From Gammaproteobacteria bacterium (GTDB lineage: Bacteria; Pseudomonadota; Gammaproteobacteria; CAJXQU01), in the NCBI GenBank assembly GCA_965238175.1, contig CBDEGZ010000003.1, positions 320,001 to 384,000 of the forward strand: a DNA stretch of 64,000 nt, in the 5' to 3' direction. How positions within the stretch are numbered: the first letter of the stretch is position 1; every line of letters starts with the position of its first letter. Of this stretch, positions 39,526 through 50,372 are shown piece after piece. The notes beneath the pieces were generated by a model, which was given only the letters and a program-made list of their open reading frames with translations, was not told the origin of the DNA and ran no database searches. Position numbers and translations under genes: made by a program.

Positions 39526-41970
39526 ATGGACAACAAACCCCTTTCAACAAGATTAGTTCTCGTGGGAACAGTATTTAGTGCTTCAATTTCAGCTACATTT
39601 TCTATTCACGCTGAAGAACCACTGAATCCAGCCACAACGATGGAATTGCCTGACCTTGATGTGGTTGGGACGACCCCTCTTCCAGGGGTTGAATTACCAA
39701 TCACAAAATATGCCGGCAACATACAAACTATTGATGCAGAAGACATCGATGAGCAAAACCCTGTCGATATGGCAGAAATCCTATTTAGAAATATAGGCAG
39801 CGTCGATATCAACTCAGCGCAAAACAACACTTTCCAAAATGACGTCAATTATCGAGGCTTTCTCGCTTCGCCACTCGTCGGTACCGCTATTGGAATATCG
39901 GTTTTTGTTGATGGGGTAAGAGTTAACGAAGGTTTTGGTGATACAGTCAACTGGGATATGATTCCAGACATGAGCCTATCAAATATTACATTGATCCCTG
40001 GCTCAAATCCTCTATTTGGTTTAAACACACTTGGTGGCGCTTTATCACTTCAAACCAAAAGTGGCTTAAATTTCCAAGGCACTGAAGTTGAGGCTATCGC
40101 AGGTTCTGATGACCGTCGAAATTTCATCGGCGAACATGGTGACCAATCTGGTAACTTTCACTGGTATGTTGCTGGTAATAGTTTCGAGGATGATGGTTGG
40201 CGTGATGAATCACAATCAGACGTTGAGCAAGTCTTCAGTAAAATCGGCTGGGACAATGGAACATCCAGTCTAGACTTGAGCGTTTCTTATGCAGACAGTG
40301 AATTAACAGGTAATGGTTTTGCTCCGGAAAGCCTATTAGATCGCGATCGTGAAGCAGTATATACACTACGTGATGACACTAACAACCGTACGCACTTTCT
40401 TAACCTCAGTGGTAGCCATTGGTTAACAGATTCATTATTGATTGGTGGTAATGTCTACCACCGTCAGTATGAGCGAGAAACCTTCAATGGCGATGCAGAA
40501 CTTGAATGTGCAGCTGAAGCAGGCGGCGATGATTTCGCACTCTTTGCTGATAGCACAGAAATCGATGATGAAGAAGAAAACCGCATTCATAATGCAAATT
40601 GTGACAATGACGATATTGTTGCATTGCATCCTGATGCGACAGTCGTTGATTTCGATGGCAATACTTCAACACCTTTTGACCCTAACATTCATGAAGCTGA
40701 ACTTGAAGTTGAAGGTGAGCGACGTAGAACCTCAACAGAAACTGATTCATGGGGTAGCACATTGCAGTTATCGCATGAAGGTGAACTAGCTGGTCGTGAC
40801 AACACATTCACTGTTGGTATGGCATATGACAAAAATGATACATCTTTCTCAGTTGCTGAAGCTGAGGCGGATATCATTGTTGAAAGCAATGGTCTTACTC
40901 GTAACACAGAAGTTGATGATGGCAGCGAATTCGGTGGTGACTTTGAAACTGATGTTGACATCGATACTGAAAGAAAGAACTGGGCAATCTACTTCACAGA
41001 TACAATCGATCTGACTGATACGGTTGCATTAACAGCCTCCGCTCGTTATCAACGTTCAGAGATTGAGATTCAAGATCGCACCGGTGAAGAAGAAAATCAG
41101 GATTTAAATGGTAAGCACAGATTTAATCGCTTAAGTCCTGCACTAGGTCTTACCTACAACCCAACTAGCAACTTAACATTATATGGGTCATATAATGAAA
41201 GCTTCCGCGCTCCAACAGCTGCTGAATTGACCTGTGCGGATCCAGAAGATCCATGTAACCTGCCTAACTCATTTGTCGCCGATCCCCCACTTGATCCTGT
41301 CATTGGTCGAACCTATGAAGTTGGTGCTCGTGGTTCAATTTCACAGTTTGGAAACATAGGTTGGAATGTTGGTATCTTCCGTACGTCATTGAAAGATGAT
41401 CTACTTTTCACAACAACACGATCTTCTGGTGCTGGTTTCTTCCAAAACGTTGATGAAACTCGACGTCAAGGCGTTGAGCTTGGCCTAACAGGTTTATCCA
41501 GTCGCTTTGGTTGGTTCATGAACTACAGCTTTATAGACGCAACATTCGAGTCTGATGAGCGTTTAGCCAGTGTCGTTGAGCCTAATGGTGTTTTCGTAAA
41601 ATCAGGTGATGAATTACCGGCTATTCCACGACATAACGTGAAAGCGGGTGTTAATTTTGCGGCCACCAATAAACTCAACGCTGGCGCTACAATGACATAT
41701 GCTTCAAGCACATATATGCGCGGCGATGAAAGTAATGATCTTTCTAAAGTCAGTGGTTACACCGTCTTCAACATGAATGCGCGTTATGAAGTAACGGATA
41801 ATGTTCAAATGTGGTTGAAAGTCGATAATGTTTTCGACAAAGAATATAGTAATTCGGGGATCAGAAACTTCAATTCATTCCCATATGATGGCGGAGAAAT
41901 CGAAGAAGAACGATTCTTATCTCCAGGCGCACCTCGCTCAGCCTGGGTTGGAATTAAAGTCACCTTCTAA
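39526..41970 (+). CDS. TonB-dependent outer-membrane receptor (methylotroph-type, LutH-like candidate)
   Basis: Signal peptide; plug motifs VDGVRVNE and GSNPLFGLNTLGGAL; RAPT.AELTCADPEDPC.LPN motif; terminal Phe. Substrate is inferred. Confidence 0.85.
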   Translation: MDNKPLSTRLVLVGTVFSASISATFSIHAEEPLNPATTMELPDLDVVGTTPLPGVELPITKYAGNIQTIDAEDIDEQNPVDMAEILFRNIGSVDINSAQNNTFQNDVNYRGFLASPLVGTAIGISVFVDGVRVNEGFGDTVNWDMIPDMSLSNITLIPGSNPLFGLNTLGGALSLQTKSGLNFQGTEVEAIAGSDDRRNFIGEHGDQSGNFHWYVAGNSFEDDGWRDESQSDVEQVFSKIGWDNGTSSLDLSVSYADSELTGNGFAPESLLDRDREAVYTLRDDTNNRTHFLNLSGSHWLTDSLLIGGNVYHRQYERETFNGDAELECAAEAGGDDFALFADSTEIDDEEENRIHNANCDNDDIVALHPDATVVDFDGNTSTPFDPNIHEAELEVEGERRRTSTETDSWGSTLQLSHEGELAGRDNTFTVGMAYDKNDTSFSVAEAEADIIVESNGLTRNTEVDDGSEFGGDFETDVDIDTERKNWAIYFTDTIDLTDTVALTASARYQRSEIEIQDRTGEEENQDLNGKHRFNRLSPALGLTYNPTSNLTLYGSYNESFRAPTAAELTCADPEDPCNLPNSFVADPPLDPVIGRTYEVGARGSISQFGNIGWNVGIFRTSLKDDLLFTTTRSSGAGFFQNVDETRRQGVELGLTGLSSRFGWFMNYSFIDATFESDERLASVVEPNGVFVKSGDELPAIPRHNVKAGVNFAATNKLNAGATMTYASSTYMRGDESNDLSKVSGYTVFNMNARYEVTDNVQMWLKVDNVFDKEYSNSGIRNFNSFPYDGGEIEEERFLSPGAPRSAWVGIKVTF

Positions 41971-41989
41971 CCAAGCATAAATCACAGCT

Positions 41990-42023
41990 AAAAAACGGGA
42001 TAAAATATTTGATCCCGTTTTTT
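41990..42023. terminator. Bidirectional terminator between convergent genes
   Basis: AAAAAACGGGAT-N10-ATCCCGTTTTTT. Confidence 0.8.
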
Positions 42024-42045
42024 TATATTCCTTTAATGTCTGTAA

Positions 42046-42903
42046 TTATAAACCGTTCAACATCGACTGAGCTGCTGCTATTTTTTCAGTACATCCTTTC
42101 ATTTCTATTTCAACAACTTCCGACGTAAATCCAAGTTTAGCTAAGGCCGGAACAGTATCCCAATCAATCTGACCTATGGGATGATCAGATCCCATATACG
42201 ATTGCAATAAAGCTACCTGAACAACATCCACCATATCTGCTTCGGGGTTTTTATTGCGACTAAAATCGGCATATTCCGTTGCAATCTCAATTAAAGACTG
42301 GGGAAAATGCCAAGCTTCAAGGATCTTTTGCCCTATTGGACTTGTTAACTTTTCAACAAGGTTATCTAACACATCTGGGTACTCTAATAATTCCGGCTGC
42401 TCATCCGCCCGCATCAACACTGGCAATGCACCAATGTTATGTATTAAACCTGCAAGCATAGTCTCATCAGAAGCGACAGTTGGACACGTAGAACCAAGCA
42501 CATGGCTGATGGCTGCAATTTGTGAATTGTACTCCCAAAGGTCACGCACTTTTTTTACTAATTTAGGGGATTTTGCATTGAACAATTGTTTCATCATCAA
42601 ACTTGTAACAAGGTTTCTGATCAGATTAACACCTAACCTTGCAACTGCCATTTGTACACTATCAACTTCTCGCTGACCACGAAACAGAGGGCTATTAGCT
42701 ACTTTAATCAATTTCGCTGATAGTGCCGCATCTGTCACGATAATATTTGCCATATCTGTAGCAGAGGCATTTGGGTCGTTAACAACGTCTCTAACCTTAA
42801 TTGCCACTTCTGGTAAAGTCGGTAGAGAAAGCTTTCCAGAATTTAGATCTTGGAGTAATTGAGTATAGAACCCTTCTTCGTTAACTGCTTCGGCAACTGT
42901 CAT
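42046..42903 (-). CDS. HDOD-domain protein
   Basis: LPTLPEVA, DAALSAKLIKVANS, AGLIHNIG, WHFP. Confidence 0.9.
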   Translation of the reverse strand: MTVAEAVNEEGFYTQLLQDLNSGKLSLPTLPEVAIKVRDVVNDPNASATDMANIIVTDAALSAKLIKVANSPLFRGQREVDSVQMAVARLGVNLIRNLVTSLMMKQLFNAKSPKLVKKVRDLWEYNSQIAAISHVLGSTCPTVASDETMLAGLIHNIGALPVLMRADEQPELLEYPDVLDNLVEKLTSPIGQKILEAWHFPQSLIEIATEYADFSRNKNPEADMVDVVQVALLQSYMGSDHPIGQIDWDTVPALAKLGFTSEVVEIEMKGCTEKIAAAQSMLNGL

Positions 42904-43114
42904 TTATATTTTGCTCCATACTCTCGATAATGATCTTATGTGTCAATAAACAGTCGCTGTTACAAAAGAAAACTGTAACAAACCATGAATGATCTGACTA
43001 TCAAGCAGAATGCACAGAACCTGCCAACTCAGATAAAAACCTTGGATTCCTAAAAAGCGTTAGAAATTACAATTATTTTAACCAAGAAAAATTATGAAAA
43101 TAAACTAGGTTTGT

Positions 43115-43339
43115 TTAATATAAACCTTCTAGATCTAACTTTTTCAGTAGTTTTCTTTTAAACCCTAGTTGTTGTTGCAACTGGTAAATGCCCACTAGTG
43201 CATCTTCATCACCGGATGCTTGTTCCATATTTAGATGATCTTCAAGATCTACAATTTCTTCTACTAGGCCAAACCAAGCTTTATCAAATTCCATTTTATT
43301 AACAAAGCCACTTTCTATTCTTTTCTCAGATAGTTGCAT
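43115..43339 (-). CDS. Small hypothetical protein
   Basis: 74-aa ORF with GGAG RBS filling an otherwise empty intergenic gap; coiled-coil-like. Confidence 0.55.
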   Translation of the reverse strand: MQLSEKRIESGFVNKMEFDKAWFGLVEEIVDLEDHLNMEQASGDEDALVGIYQLQQQLGFKRKLLKKLDLEGLY

Positions 43340-43518
43340 ATTTTAAATACTCCATTTAAATCTGATACAGATAATCGGATCAATGTATTAAGAGAAGGTG
43401 GCAATTTTATGATGTTTTCATGACAAGATTAATTTTAAAAGACTTAAATAGAAACTAAAACAAAATAAACTTTGGCCGATAACTCCTTCAGAAGCTAATA
43501 TTGCAGGGTCTAAACACA

Positions 43519-44895
43519 ATGAGTGAAGTAGAACTCGAAGAAAATTGGAAAGATAAATATTTTAAACTGTTACTCGATCAGGAAGATGCAGAAAAAGAAA
43601 ATGCAGAACGTAGTTCAGCGGTTTATAAAGAATTGCTGCGTTCATTTAATCATTTTCATGGCCGAGATGAACTACTTGATAAAGCCATCGTTGGTCTTCC
43701 AAAAGAAATAGAATCGGGGAGTTTCTCCATTGATGTCCTGAAAGATCTTAATCGCCAGATTGCGAATATTGATAATATTATTGATGGCCAAACTGAAACA
43801 AACGATCAAAATCCAGCTGACACGGCAGAAGATATTGATAGTTTCGCAATTGCAAAAGATTCCCTTGAATATTTAATCGAACAACTCCCGAGCGATGTAT
43901 TAAACAGACTTATTTCTGAAGAGAAAAATCTTGATTTAAGCACTGTTGCGGATGTGAACACATTACGTTCCGTTATAGACGAAGTAAAAAATGCACTTAT
44001 CAGTGTGATAAGTGAGCGTAATAAGAATATTAAACAACTCTCAACTTTTTTAAATGGTGTCGCAAAACGTTTGGATGGAATCAAATCTCATTTAAAAGAA
44101 GAAAAAGATGATCGAAAATCAAGTTCTGATGGTCGCGATGATTTAAGTAGGTTAGTGAGTGATAATCTCAAAGGGATCCGCGATTCTGTAAACAGTGCAG
44201 ATGATCTGGAAGTCTTACAACAAGAGATAGAATCGCGTATCAACGAAATTGACAGTAACGTGACAAACTATGTTGAAGCTGAAACAAATCGGCAAAAAAT
44301 GGCAGGACAATCCTCGGCGGAGCTTGAAAAACAAGTTCAGAAATTGCAAACACAAACTACACAGCTTCAAAATTCCCTGGATGCTGCACGTGCAGAAGCG
44401 ATTATCGATCCTCTTACTGGGGTATCAAATCGTCGCGCATATGATGAACGCTTTCAAGTTGAATATTCACGTTGGAAGAGAACTCATGAACCGTTGACGT
44501 TAGCAATCATTGATATTGATCATTTTAAGAGAATCAATGATACGCATGGACATCCTATTGGCGATAAAGTTTTAAAAGTAGTTGCGGGTCGTATCCAGCA
44601 ACAGGTACGTGAAAGTGATTTCTTTGGTCGTATTGGAGGTGAGGAATTTGCATTTCTTTTAGTAAATAGCAATATAAAAGATGCCAAAGAAAAAATTGAA
44701 ACACTGCGCGAAAGTGTCGAAGAGTGTAACTTTAGAGTCAAGAAAAATAAATTTCAGGTAACAATTTCTATTGGCGTTGCAACCTTTGCAAGTAAGGATA
44801 CAATAGAAACTGCATACCAACGAGCCGATTTTGCGTTACTCAAAGCGAAAGAAACAGGGCGTAATAAATGTATGACGGAACTCGATCTCAAATAA
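43519..44895 (+). CDS. Diguanylate cyclase (coiled coil + GGDEF)
   Basis: DPLTG, DIDHFKRINDTHGH, RESD I-site, GGEEF. ATG 43519 preferred over TTG 43501. Confidence 0.92.
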   Translation: MSEVELEENWKDKYFKLLLDQEDAEKENAERSSAVYKELLRSFNHFHGRDELLDKAIVGLPKEIESGSFSIDVLKDLNRQIANIDNIIDGQTETNDQNPADTAEDIDSFAIAKDSLEYLIEQLPSDVLNRLISEEKNLDLSTVADVNTLRSVIDEVKNALISVISERNKNIKQLSTFLNGVAKRLDGIKSHLKEEKDDRKSSSDGRDDLSRLVSDNLKGIRDSVNSADDLEVLQQEIESRINEIDSNVTNYVEAETNRQKMAGQSSAELEKQVQKLQTQTTQLQNSLDAARAEAIIDPLTGVSNRRAYDERFQVEYSRWKRTHEPLTLAIIDIDHFKRINDTHGHPIGDKVLKVVAGRIQQQVRESDFFGRIGGEEFAFLLVNSNIKDAKEKIETLRESVEECNFRVKKNKFQVTISIGVATFASKDTIETAYQRADFALLKAKETGRNKCMTELDLK

Positions 44896-44944
44896 AAAAA
44901 CCTGATCAAAATTAAATCACAGGCGTGGTATCCTTCCGTTCCTG

Positions 44945-46813
44945 ATGGCATTACTCCAACTTAAATCTATACACCTTGGTTTTGGACTTCCAGCATTATT
45001 AGAATCGATCGATTTTTCAATTGAATCGGGAGAGCGCGTCGCACTCGTTGGCCGAAATGGAACGGGTAAATCAACTCTTTTAAAAATCATTGATGATCAG
45101 GTTAAAGCTGACAGTGGTGAAATAGTTCGTCAATCGAATCTACGCGTTACTCGTTTGGAGCAAGAGGTTCCACGAAAGCTTCAAGGCTCTGTTTACGATG
45201 TTGTCTCAGAGGGACTGGGCGATTTGGGTAATACGATCGCTGAATATCACCATATCATCCATGCATTGGACGAGCCGGGCAACATGGATAAGATGGCCAA
45301 ACTGCAAACTAAGATAGAACAAGCAGATGGCTGGGAAATGGAGCAGCGGATCAACCAAATTATTAATCGTTTAAACCTGCCTGAAGATACAAATTTCGAA
45401 TCACTTTCTGGCGGACTGAAACGCCGTGTTCTGTTGGCTAGAGCGTTAGTAAATGATCCGCAACTTTTATTGCTTGATGAGCCAAGTAACCATCTGGACA
45501 TTGAAGCTATCCAATGGCTGGAAGAGTTTTTGTTATCCGCAAATATAACACTGATTTTTATCACTCATGATCGGGCATTTCTAAAACGGTTAGCGACACG
45601 CATTGCCGAAATTGATCGTGGTCAATTAAATAATTGGCCAGGTAATTACGATACTTATCTAAAAAGAAAACAAGCGGCACTTGAAGAAGAAGAAAAACAA
45701 AATGCGCTTTTTGATAAACGCCTGGCGCAAGAAGAAGTCTGGATCCGACAAGGTATTAAAGCGCGCCGTACACGCAATGAAGGCCGCGTTCGTGCGTTAA
45801 AAAAATTGCGTGTTGAGCGAGCAGAACGCCGACAAAAAATAGGCACAGCAAAAATGCAAATTCAGGATGCAGAGAAATCTGGGAAAATAGTTATAGAAGC
45901 GGACAATATTTCCTATGCATATGATAAAAATAACATTATAGAAAACTTCAGCACGACAATTATGCGCGGCGATAAAATTGGTATTATTGGGGCAAACGGT
46001 GCCGGTAAATCGACGCTGATTAATTTGCTACTCGGACGTCTACAACCAGATTCAGGAAATATAAGACAAGGTACCAATCTTGAAGTCGCATTTTTTGATC
46101 AATTGCGTACAGAGCTAAAACCCAATCTCACAGCGCAAGAAAATGTTTCTGGTGGGTCAGATCAGATCGTGGTTGATGGTCGATCTAAACATGTGATCAG
46201 CTATTTACAAGATTTTCTTTTTGCGCCTGAACGTGCGCGTTTACCGATTACAAAATTATCCGGTGGTGAACGTAACCGATTACTATTGGCAAAATTATTT
46301 GCTACACCATCAAATGTATTGGTGATGGATGAGCCGACCAATGATCTGGATATTGAAACGCTGGAGCTGTTAGAAGAACTGGTAATGAATTACCAAGGGA
46401 CGTTACTACTCGTGAGTCATGATCGAGATTTTATCGATAATGTTGTGAGCAGCACTTTGGTATTTGAAAATGATCAACTGAATGAATATGTCGGCGGCTA
46501 TGATGATTGGTTGCGACAACGACCTTCAGAAGAAAAGGTCAAAAAGTCAGATAAAAAAAATCAGCCCAGAAAAGATAGCGACAAAAAAGAGACTAAAAAA
46601 CGAAGCTACAAAGATCAACAAGAGTTAGATAAATTACCTAAGATAATTGAAGATCTAGAAAATGAACAACAATCCTTGCATGATGAAATGGGCGATCCCT
46701 CTTTTTTCAAGCAAGATCAAAAATTAATTGATCGAAAGAATGCTTCCTTGGCCAAGATTGAAGAAAAGCTAACGGAAGCTTATCAACGTTGGGAAGTATT
46801 AGAAAATCTTTGA
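44945..46813 (+). CDS. uup: ABC-F ATPase Uup
   Basis: Two ABC domains (GRNGTGKST, GANGAGKST), EEVWIRQGIKARRTRNEGRVRAL linker, C-terminal coiled coil. Confidence 0.95.
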   Translation: MALLQLKSIHLGFGLPALLESIDFSIESGERVALVGRNGTGKSTLLKIIDDQVKADSGEIVRQSNLRVTRLEQEVPRKLQGSVYDVVSEGLGDLGNTIAEYHHIIHALDEPGNMDKMAKLQTKIEQADGWEMEQRINQIINRLNLPEDTNFESLSGGLKRRVLLARALVNDPQLLLLDEPSNHLDIEAIQWLEEFLLSANITLIFITHDRAFLKRLATRIAEIDRGQLNNWPGNYDTYLKRKQAALEEEEKQNALFDKRLAQEEVWIRQGIKARRTRNEGRVRALKKLRVERAERRQKIGTAKMQIQDAEKSGKIVIEADNISYAYDKNNIIENFSTTIMRGDKIGIIGANGAGKSTLINLLLGRLQPDSGNIRQGTNLEVAFFDQLRTELKPNLTAQENVSGGSDQIVVDGRSKHVISYLQDFLFAPERARLPITKLSGGERNRLLLAKLFATPSNVLVMDEPTNDLDIETLELLEELVMNYQGTLLLVSHDRDFIDNVVSSTLVFENDQLNEYVGGYDDWLRQRPSEEKVKKSDKKNQPRKDSDKKETKKRSYKDQQELDKLPKIIEDLENEQQSLHDEMGDPSFFKQDQKLIDRKNASLAKIEEKLTEAYQRWEVLENL

Positions 46814-46986
46814 AATACCCAACCACTTGAAAATGCAGATATCAGCACAGCGGGTGAAGCTATCGACCTTGCTGGACTGCGTTGTGTCCCTTGGAAAGGG
46901 AACAACCACCCTTTCCTGCAAGCCACGCCTTACCAGCAAGACCGATGGTTTCACTGAAAACTGCATTTCCAAGTGGTTTGGGTATA
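46814..46986. mobile_element. ERIC-like MITE, copy 3
   Basis: Terminal IR ATACCCAACCACTTGAAAATGCAG...CTGCATTTCCAAGTGGTTTGGGTAT; internal palindromic arms including GGAAAGGG..CCCTTTCC. Confidence 0.8.
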
Positions 46987-46996
46987 CCATATTGTC

Positions 46997-47527
46997 ATGC
47001 TAAGACAATTACTTATTACATCATTATTAGTTAGTGCTCACTTTTCTGCAAAGGCTGAAGAAAAGATTGTTTTCCATTTGCCGAAATGGGAGATAAATTC
47101 AGAAGAAAAAACAGATCAAGAAGTGATTGTTTCTTATAAGCCACTTAGACCGATTTCTTCAGAAATTGAAGATCGTGTTATTTTTAAGACACTCGTTGGT
47201 AAAACAGACAGTGCTGCACAAGCATGGCTAGAAAAATTACGTGAAACTCGCGAAGCTGAATGTGATTATTTCAACGTGATTGAAATCCCGGTTAAAGGTG
47301 CTGATCCGGCTCCAGCTGTTGGACAAGTACTTTATTGCGGACAAGAGAAAACCTCCGGCAATGGCGTTATCAGTATGCACCGTGTAACAGAAGGCAAAGA
47401 AAATCTTTACGTGATCGAACGTCGTTGGACAACCTATCCTTTTGATCATCCAGAAACTGCTTTTGTAGTACGCGAAGAACTAATGCCATGGATCCGACAA
47501 ATGACACAGGCATACCTAACTGAGTAA
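46997..47527 (+). CDS. Exported hypothetical protein
   Basis: Signal peptide MLRQLLITSLLVSAHFSAKA. The track's start at 46973 lies inside the MITE. Confidence 0.7.
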   Translation: MLRQLLITSLLVSAHFSAKAEEKIVFHLPKWEINSEEKTDQEVIVSYKPLRPISSEIEDRVIFKTLVGKTDSAAQAWLEKLRETREAECDYFNVIEIPVKGADPAPAVGQVLYCGQEKTSGNGVISMHRVTEGKENLYVIERRWTTYPFDHPETAFVVREELMPWIRQMTQAYLTE

Positions 47528-47609
47528 GACTTTCATTTGTACACAGGGTAAGATCGCACTTCCATTTCTGATTATATAATTCCCGGCAATAGGCCGTATC
47601 AATAATTTC

Positions 47610-48941
47610 ATGGCATCAATCACACCACAAATTGGTTTCGTCAGCCTGGGTTGTCCCAAAGCGCTGGTCGATTCAGAACGTATTCTTAGTAAACTTCGCG
47701 CTGAAGGTTATGGCCTTTCAGCCAATTATGAAAATGCGGATTTAGTCGTCGTCAACACCTGCGGATTTATTGATTCTGCAGTTGAGGAATCCCTTGATGC
47801 GATTGGTGAAGCAATGAATGAAAATGGTCAGGTAATCGTCACAGGCTGCTTGGGTAAAGATTCACAAAAAATTCTGAATGCCTATCCTGACGTGCTTGCT
47901 GTTTCTGGTGCACATGCTTATGAGGAAGTGATCGGATCGGTACATGCTCATTTGCCACCACCACACGATCCACATATCAGTTTAGTCCCTCCCGAAGGAA
48001 TAAAATTAACACCGCGACACTATGCATATCTTAAAATTTCAGAAGGTTGTAATCACCGTTGTTCTTTCTGCATCATCCCTTCTATGCGTGGCAATTTAGT
48101 GAGTCGGCCGATAGGCGATGTGATGCGTGAAGCTGAAAAACTGGTTGCGGCCGGTGTTAAAGAATTACTGATAATTTCGCAAGACACCAGTGCTTACGGT
48201 GTCGATATAAAATACAAAGAAGATAATTGGAGCGGAAAATCCTATCGGACGCATATACAAGATTTATCAGAAGCTTTGGGTGAACTCGGTGTTTGGGTAC
48301 GTATGCATTACATCTATCCTTATCCGCATGTGGATAAATTGATACCCTTGATGGCCGAAGAAAAAATCTTGCCGTATCTAGATATTCCTATGCAACATGG
48401 TAGCCCAAAAATCCTCAAGGCCATGCGCCGTCCTGCTGCTGCAGAAAAAGTCCTGGATCGGATCAAACATTGGCGAGCAATTCGTCCAGACATTACTATT
48501 CGAAGCACGTTCATTGTCGGTTTTCCTGGTGAGACAGAAACAGAATTTGAAGAATTGCTCGATTTTATCCGTGAGGCAAAACTCAATCGTGTTGGTTGCT
48601 TCGCATACTCTCCCGTAGAGGGTGCAAAAGCCAATGAATTAGCTGGACATGTCTCCGAAGAAGAAAAGCAGGAGCGTCTAGAACGATTCATGGAAGCACA
48701 ACAATTGATCAGCGAGAAATTATTAGAAGAAAAAATTGGTCAAGTAATGACGGTACTAGTCGATACAGTAGAAGATGGAAACACGTTAACAAGAAGTGTG
48801 GCCGACGCTCCTGAGATAGATGGGCTGGTAATTATCGAGAATGAACAGCTGCCCGTTGGTGAATTTATCGAAGTCAAGATCACTGATTCAGGAGAATATG
48901 ATCTATGGGGCAAGGTTGTTAGGTCAAGGCTACTTGACTAA
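47610..48941 (+). CDS. rimO: Ribosomal protein S12 methylthiotransferase
   Basis: [32 protein letters not shown] radical SAM motif, DAPEIDG TRAM. Confidence 0.97.
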   Translation: MASITPQIGFVSLGCPKALVDSERILSKLRAEGYGLSANYENADLVVVNTCGFIDSAVEESLDAIGEAMNENGQVIVTGCLGKDSQKILNAYPDVLAVSGAHAYEEVIGSVHAHLPPPHDPHISLVPPEGIKLTPRHYAYLKISEGCNHRCSFCIIPSMRGNLVSRPIGDVMREAEKLVAAGVKELLIISQDTSAYGVDIKYKEDNWSGKSYRTHIQDLSEALGELGVWVRMHYIYPYPHVDKLIPLMAEEKILPYLDIPMQHGSPKILKAMRRPAAAEKVLDRIKHWRAIRPDITIRSTFIVGFPGETETEFEELLDFIREAKLNRVGCFAYSPVEGAKANELAGHVSEEEKQERLERFMEAQQLISEKLLEEKIGQVMTVLVDTVEDGNTLTRSVADAPEIDGLVIIENEQLPVGEFIEVKITDSGEYDLWGKVVRSRLLD

Positions 48942-49012
48942 TAACAAACACTATTTTCAGTCATAACCATGTTTTAAAGAGTAAGGGACTAATTCCCTAT
49001 GAGGAAGAATTT

Positions 49013-49348
49013 ATGAAATCACTATTATTATTTGTTTTGACAGTCACATTTAGTACTTTTGCGAATGCAGTACCACACCTTTTGAATGAAATATTGGCTT
49101 CTAAATCTTCCGCGGAAAGAGCCGAAATATTTCTGACACTGATAAAACGTAACGCCAAAAGTTGTGGAAAAGTGGATAAAACGTTACTGCAAGGTTACAC
49201 CCAAGAAAATGATGCATATTGGAGTGTGGCTTGTAACAATGGTTCATCCTATTCCGTATTGATATCAGCAGAACCGGTATCACCTATTGTTTTAAATTGT
49301 AAGAATAAGAATCTGAAAGTTGAATGCTTTGAGACCTTCGAGAACTAA
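49013..49348 (+). CDS. Small exported Cys-containing hypothetical protein
   Basis: GAGGA RBS, signal peptide, four Cys (SCG, WSVAC, LNC, VECF). Confidence 0.7.
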   Translation: MKSLLLFVLTVTFSTFANAVPHLLNEILASKSSAERAEIFLTLIKRNAKSCGKVDKTLLQGYTQENDAYWSVACNNGSSYSVLISAEPVSPIVLNCKNKNLKVECFETFEN

Positions 49349-49487
49349 TTGTTAAAGATCAATTTAGATAATATGGCTTTTCACACACACATCGAAAAGC
49401 ATTGGTGTCTGTTCTTGTTATTTTCGTAGCATTAGAGCGACGTTTATCTTATAAAGGATTGGTAACCATTCCTGCTTAAATGAGTAA

Positions 49488-50033
49488 TCAAGGCAATCTA
49501 ACAATAATTTCTTCTATTGGTTTTCTTTGTGAATTGGGTATATCTGCCGGGTAGCCATACCAGATTAAACCGACGACTGTTTCCACATCAGGATCGACCC
49601 AAATAAAATCATAAAATTTATGATCACGCGTTACATCACCTGTGGTCCATTTTATGCCAATACCTTTATTCCAAAGATATAAAGAAAGATTTTGTATCGC
49701 ACAAGCGCAGGCGGCATAGTCTTCTTGATGCTGTAATTGATCGTCAGAATTAGTCATAGTAACAACTAACCAACCTGGCACCTTAGACCATTTCTTAAGC
49801 TTTTCCTTTGCAGCTTCAGATCCTTTTTTCTCTTTGACAATGTTTGCATTCAATTCAGCGACAGCCTGTCTGGTTTCCTCGCCTAAGAGATAAAACCGCC
49901 AAGGCTCAGTAAGACGATGGTTTGGAGCCCAACTTGCCATTTTGATGGCTTTTTGGATTATTCTTTCTGGTGGAATTTCTGATTTGAAAGAATTGATTGA
50001 TCGCCTGGATTTAATAACTTTTTCAATATTCAT
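49488..50033 (-). CDS. Nitroreductase family protein (YdjA-like)
   Basis: IKSRRSI, WAPNHRLTEPWRF, ACAIQNLSL. Start ATG 50033 avoids overlap with the upstream gene. Confidence 0.88.
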   Translation of the reverse strand: MNIEKVIKSRRSINSFKSEIPPERIIQKAIKMASWAPNHRLTEPWRFYLLGEETRQAVAELNANIVKEKKGSEAAKEKLKKWSKVPGWLVVTMTNSDDQLQHQEDYAACACAIQNLSLYLWNKGIGIKWTTGDVTRDHKFYDFIWVDPDVETVVGLIWYGYPADIPNSQRKPIEEIIVRLP

Positions 50034-50043
50034 TATTAGTTTA

Positions 50044-50355
50044 TTAAAGACTTGGCCGAGAACAATTACACTGCCAACATTCGGTGAACTGGCTTTCAAT
50101 CCATTCGCCACAACCACACTGCCATTCACGTTGCCATTTATCAGGCTGTAATACCTTTTCAATAAATGATTTTGCAAGTCGTTCCTCGTTGTCGTCTAAT
50201 ACCCAAATTTCCGGCCAGGCTTCGTGTGAAGGAATTTCACCAACAGCGCCTTGCAGCATCTCATTTTTGATCAGGCAATTTATTTTTTGATCTTGTAATA
50301 AGCTATGAAGATAACCGATCATAATGTTGTCACTGGAAGTGTAAACCTTTTTCAT
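50044..50355 (-). CDS. DUF2007 protein with a C-terminal zinc-ribbon
   Basis: NEMLQGAVGEIP..WPEIWV, WQCGCGE..F..CWQC. Confidence 0.85.
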   Translation of the reverse strand: MKKVYTSSDNIMIGYLHSLLQDQKINCLIKNEMLQGAVGEIPSHEAWPEIWVLDDNEERLAKSFIEKVLQPDKWQREWQCGCGEWIESQFTECWQCNCSRPSL

Positions 50356-50372
50356 AGACTGACATTAACATA

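Noticed and set aside
46799-46990. 63-aa minus-strand ORF (also 15191..15406)
   Set aside because: These frames run through MITE copies or overlap real genes.
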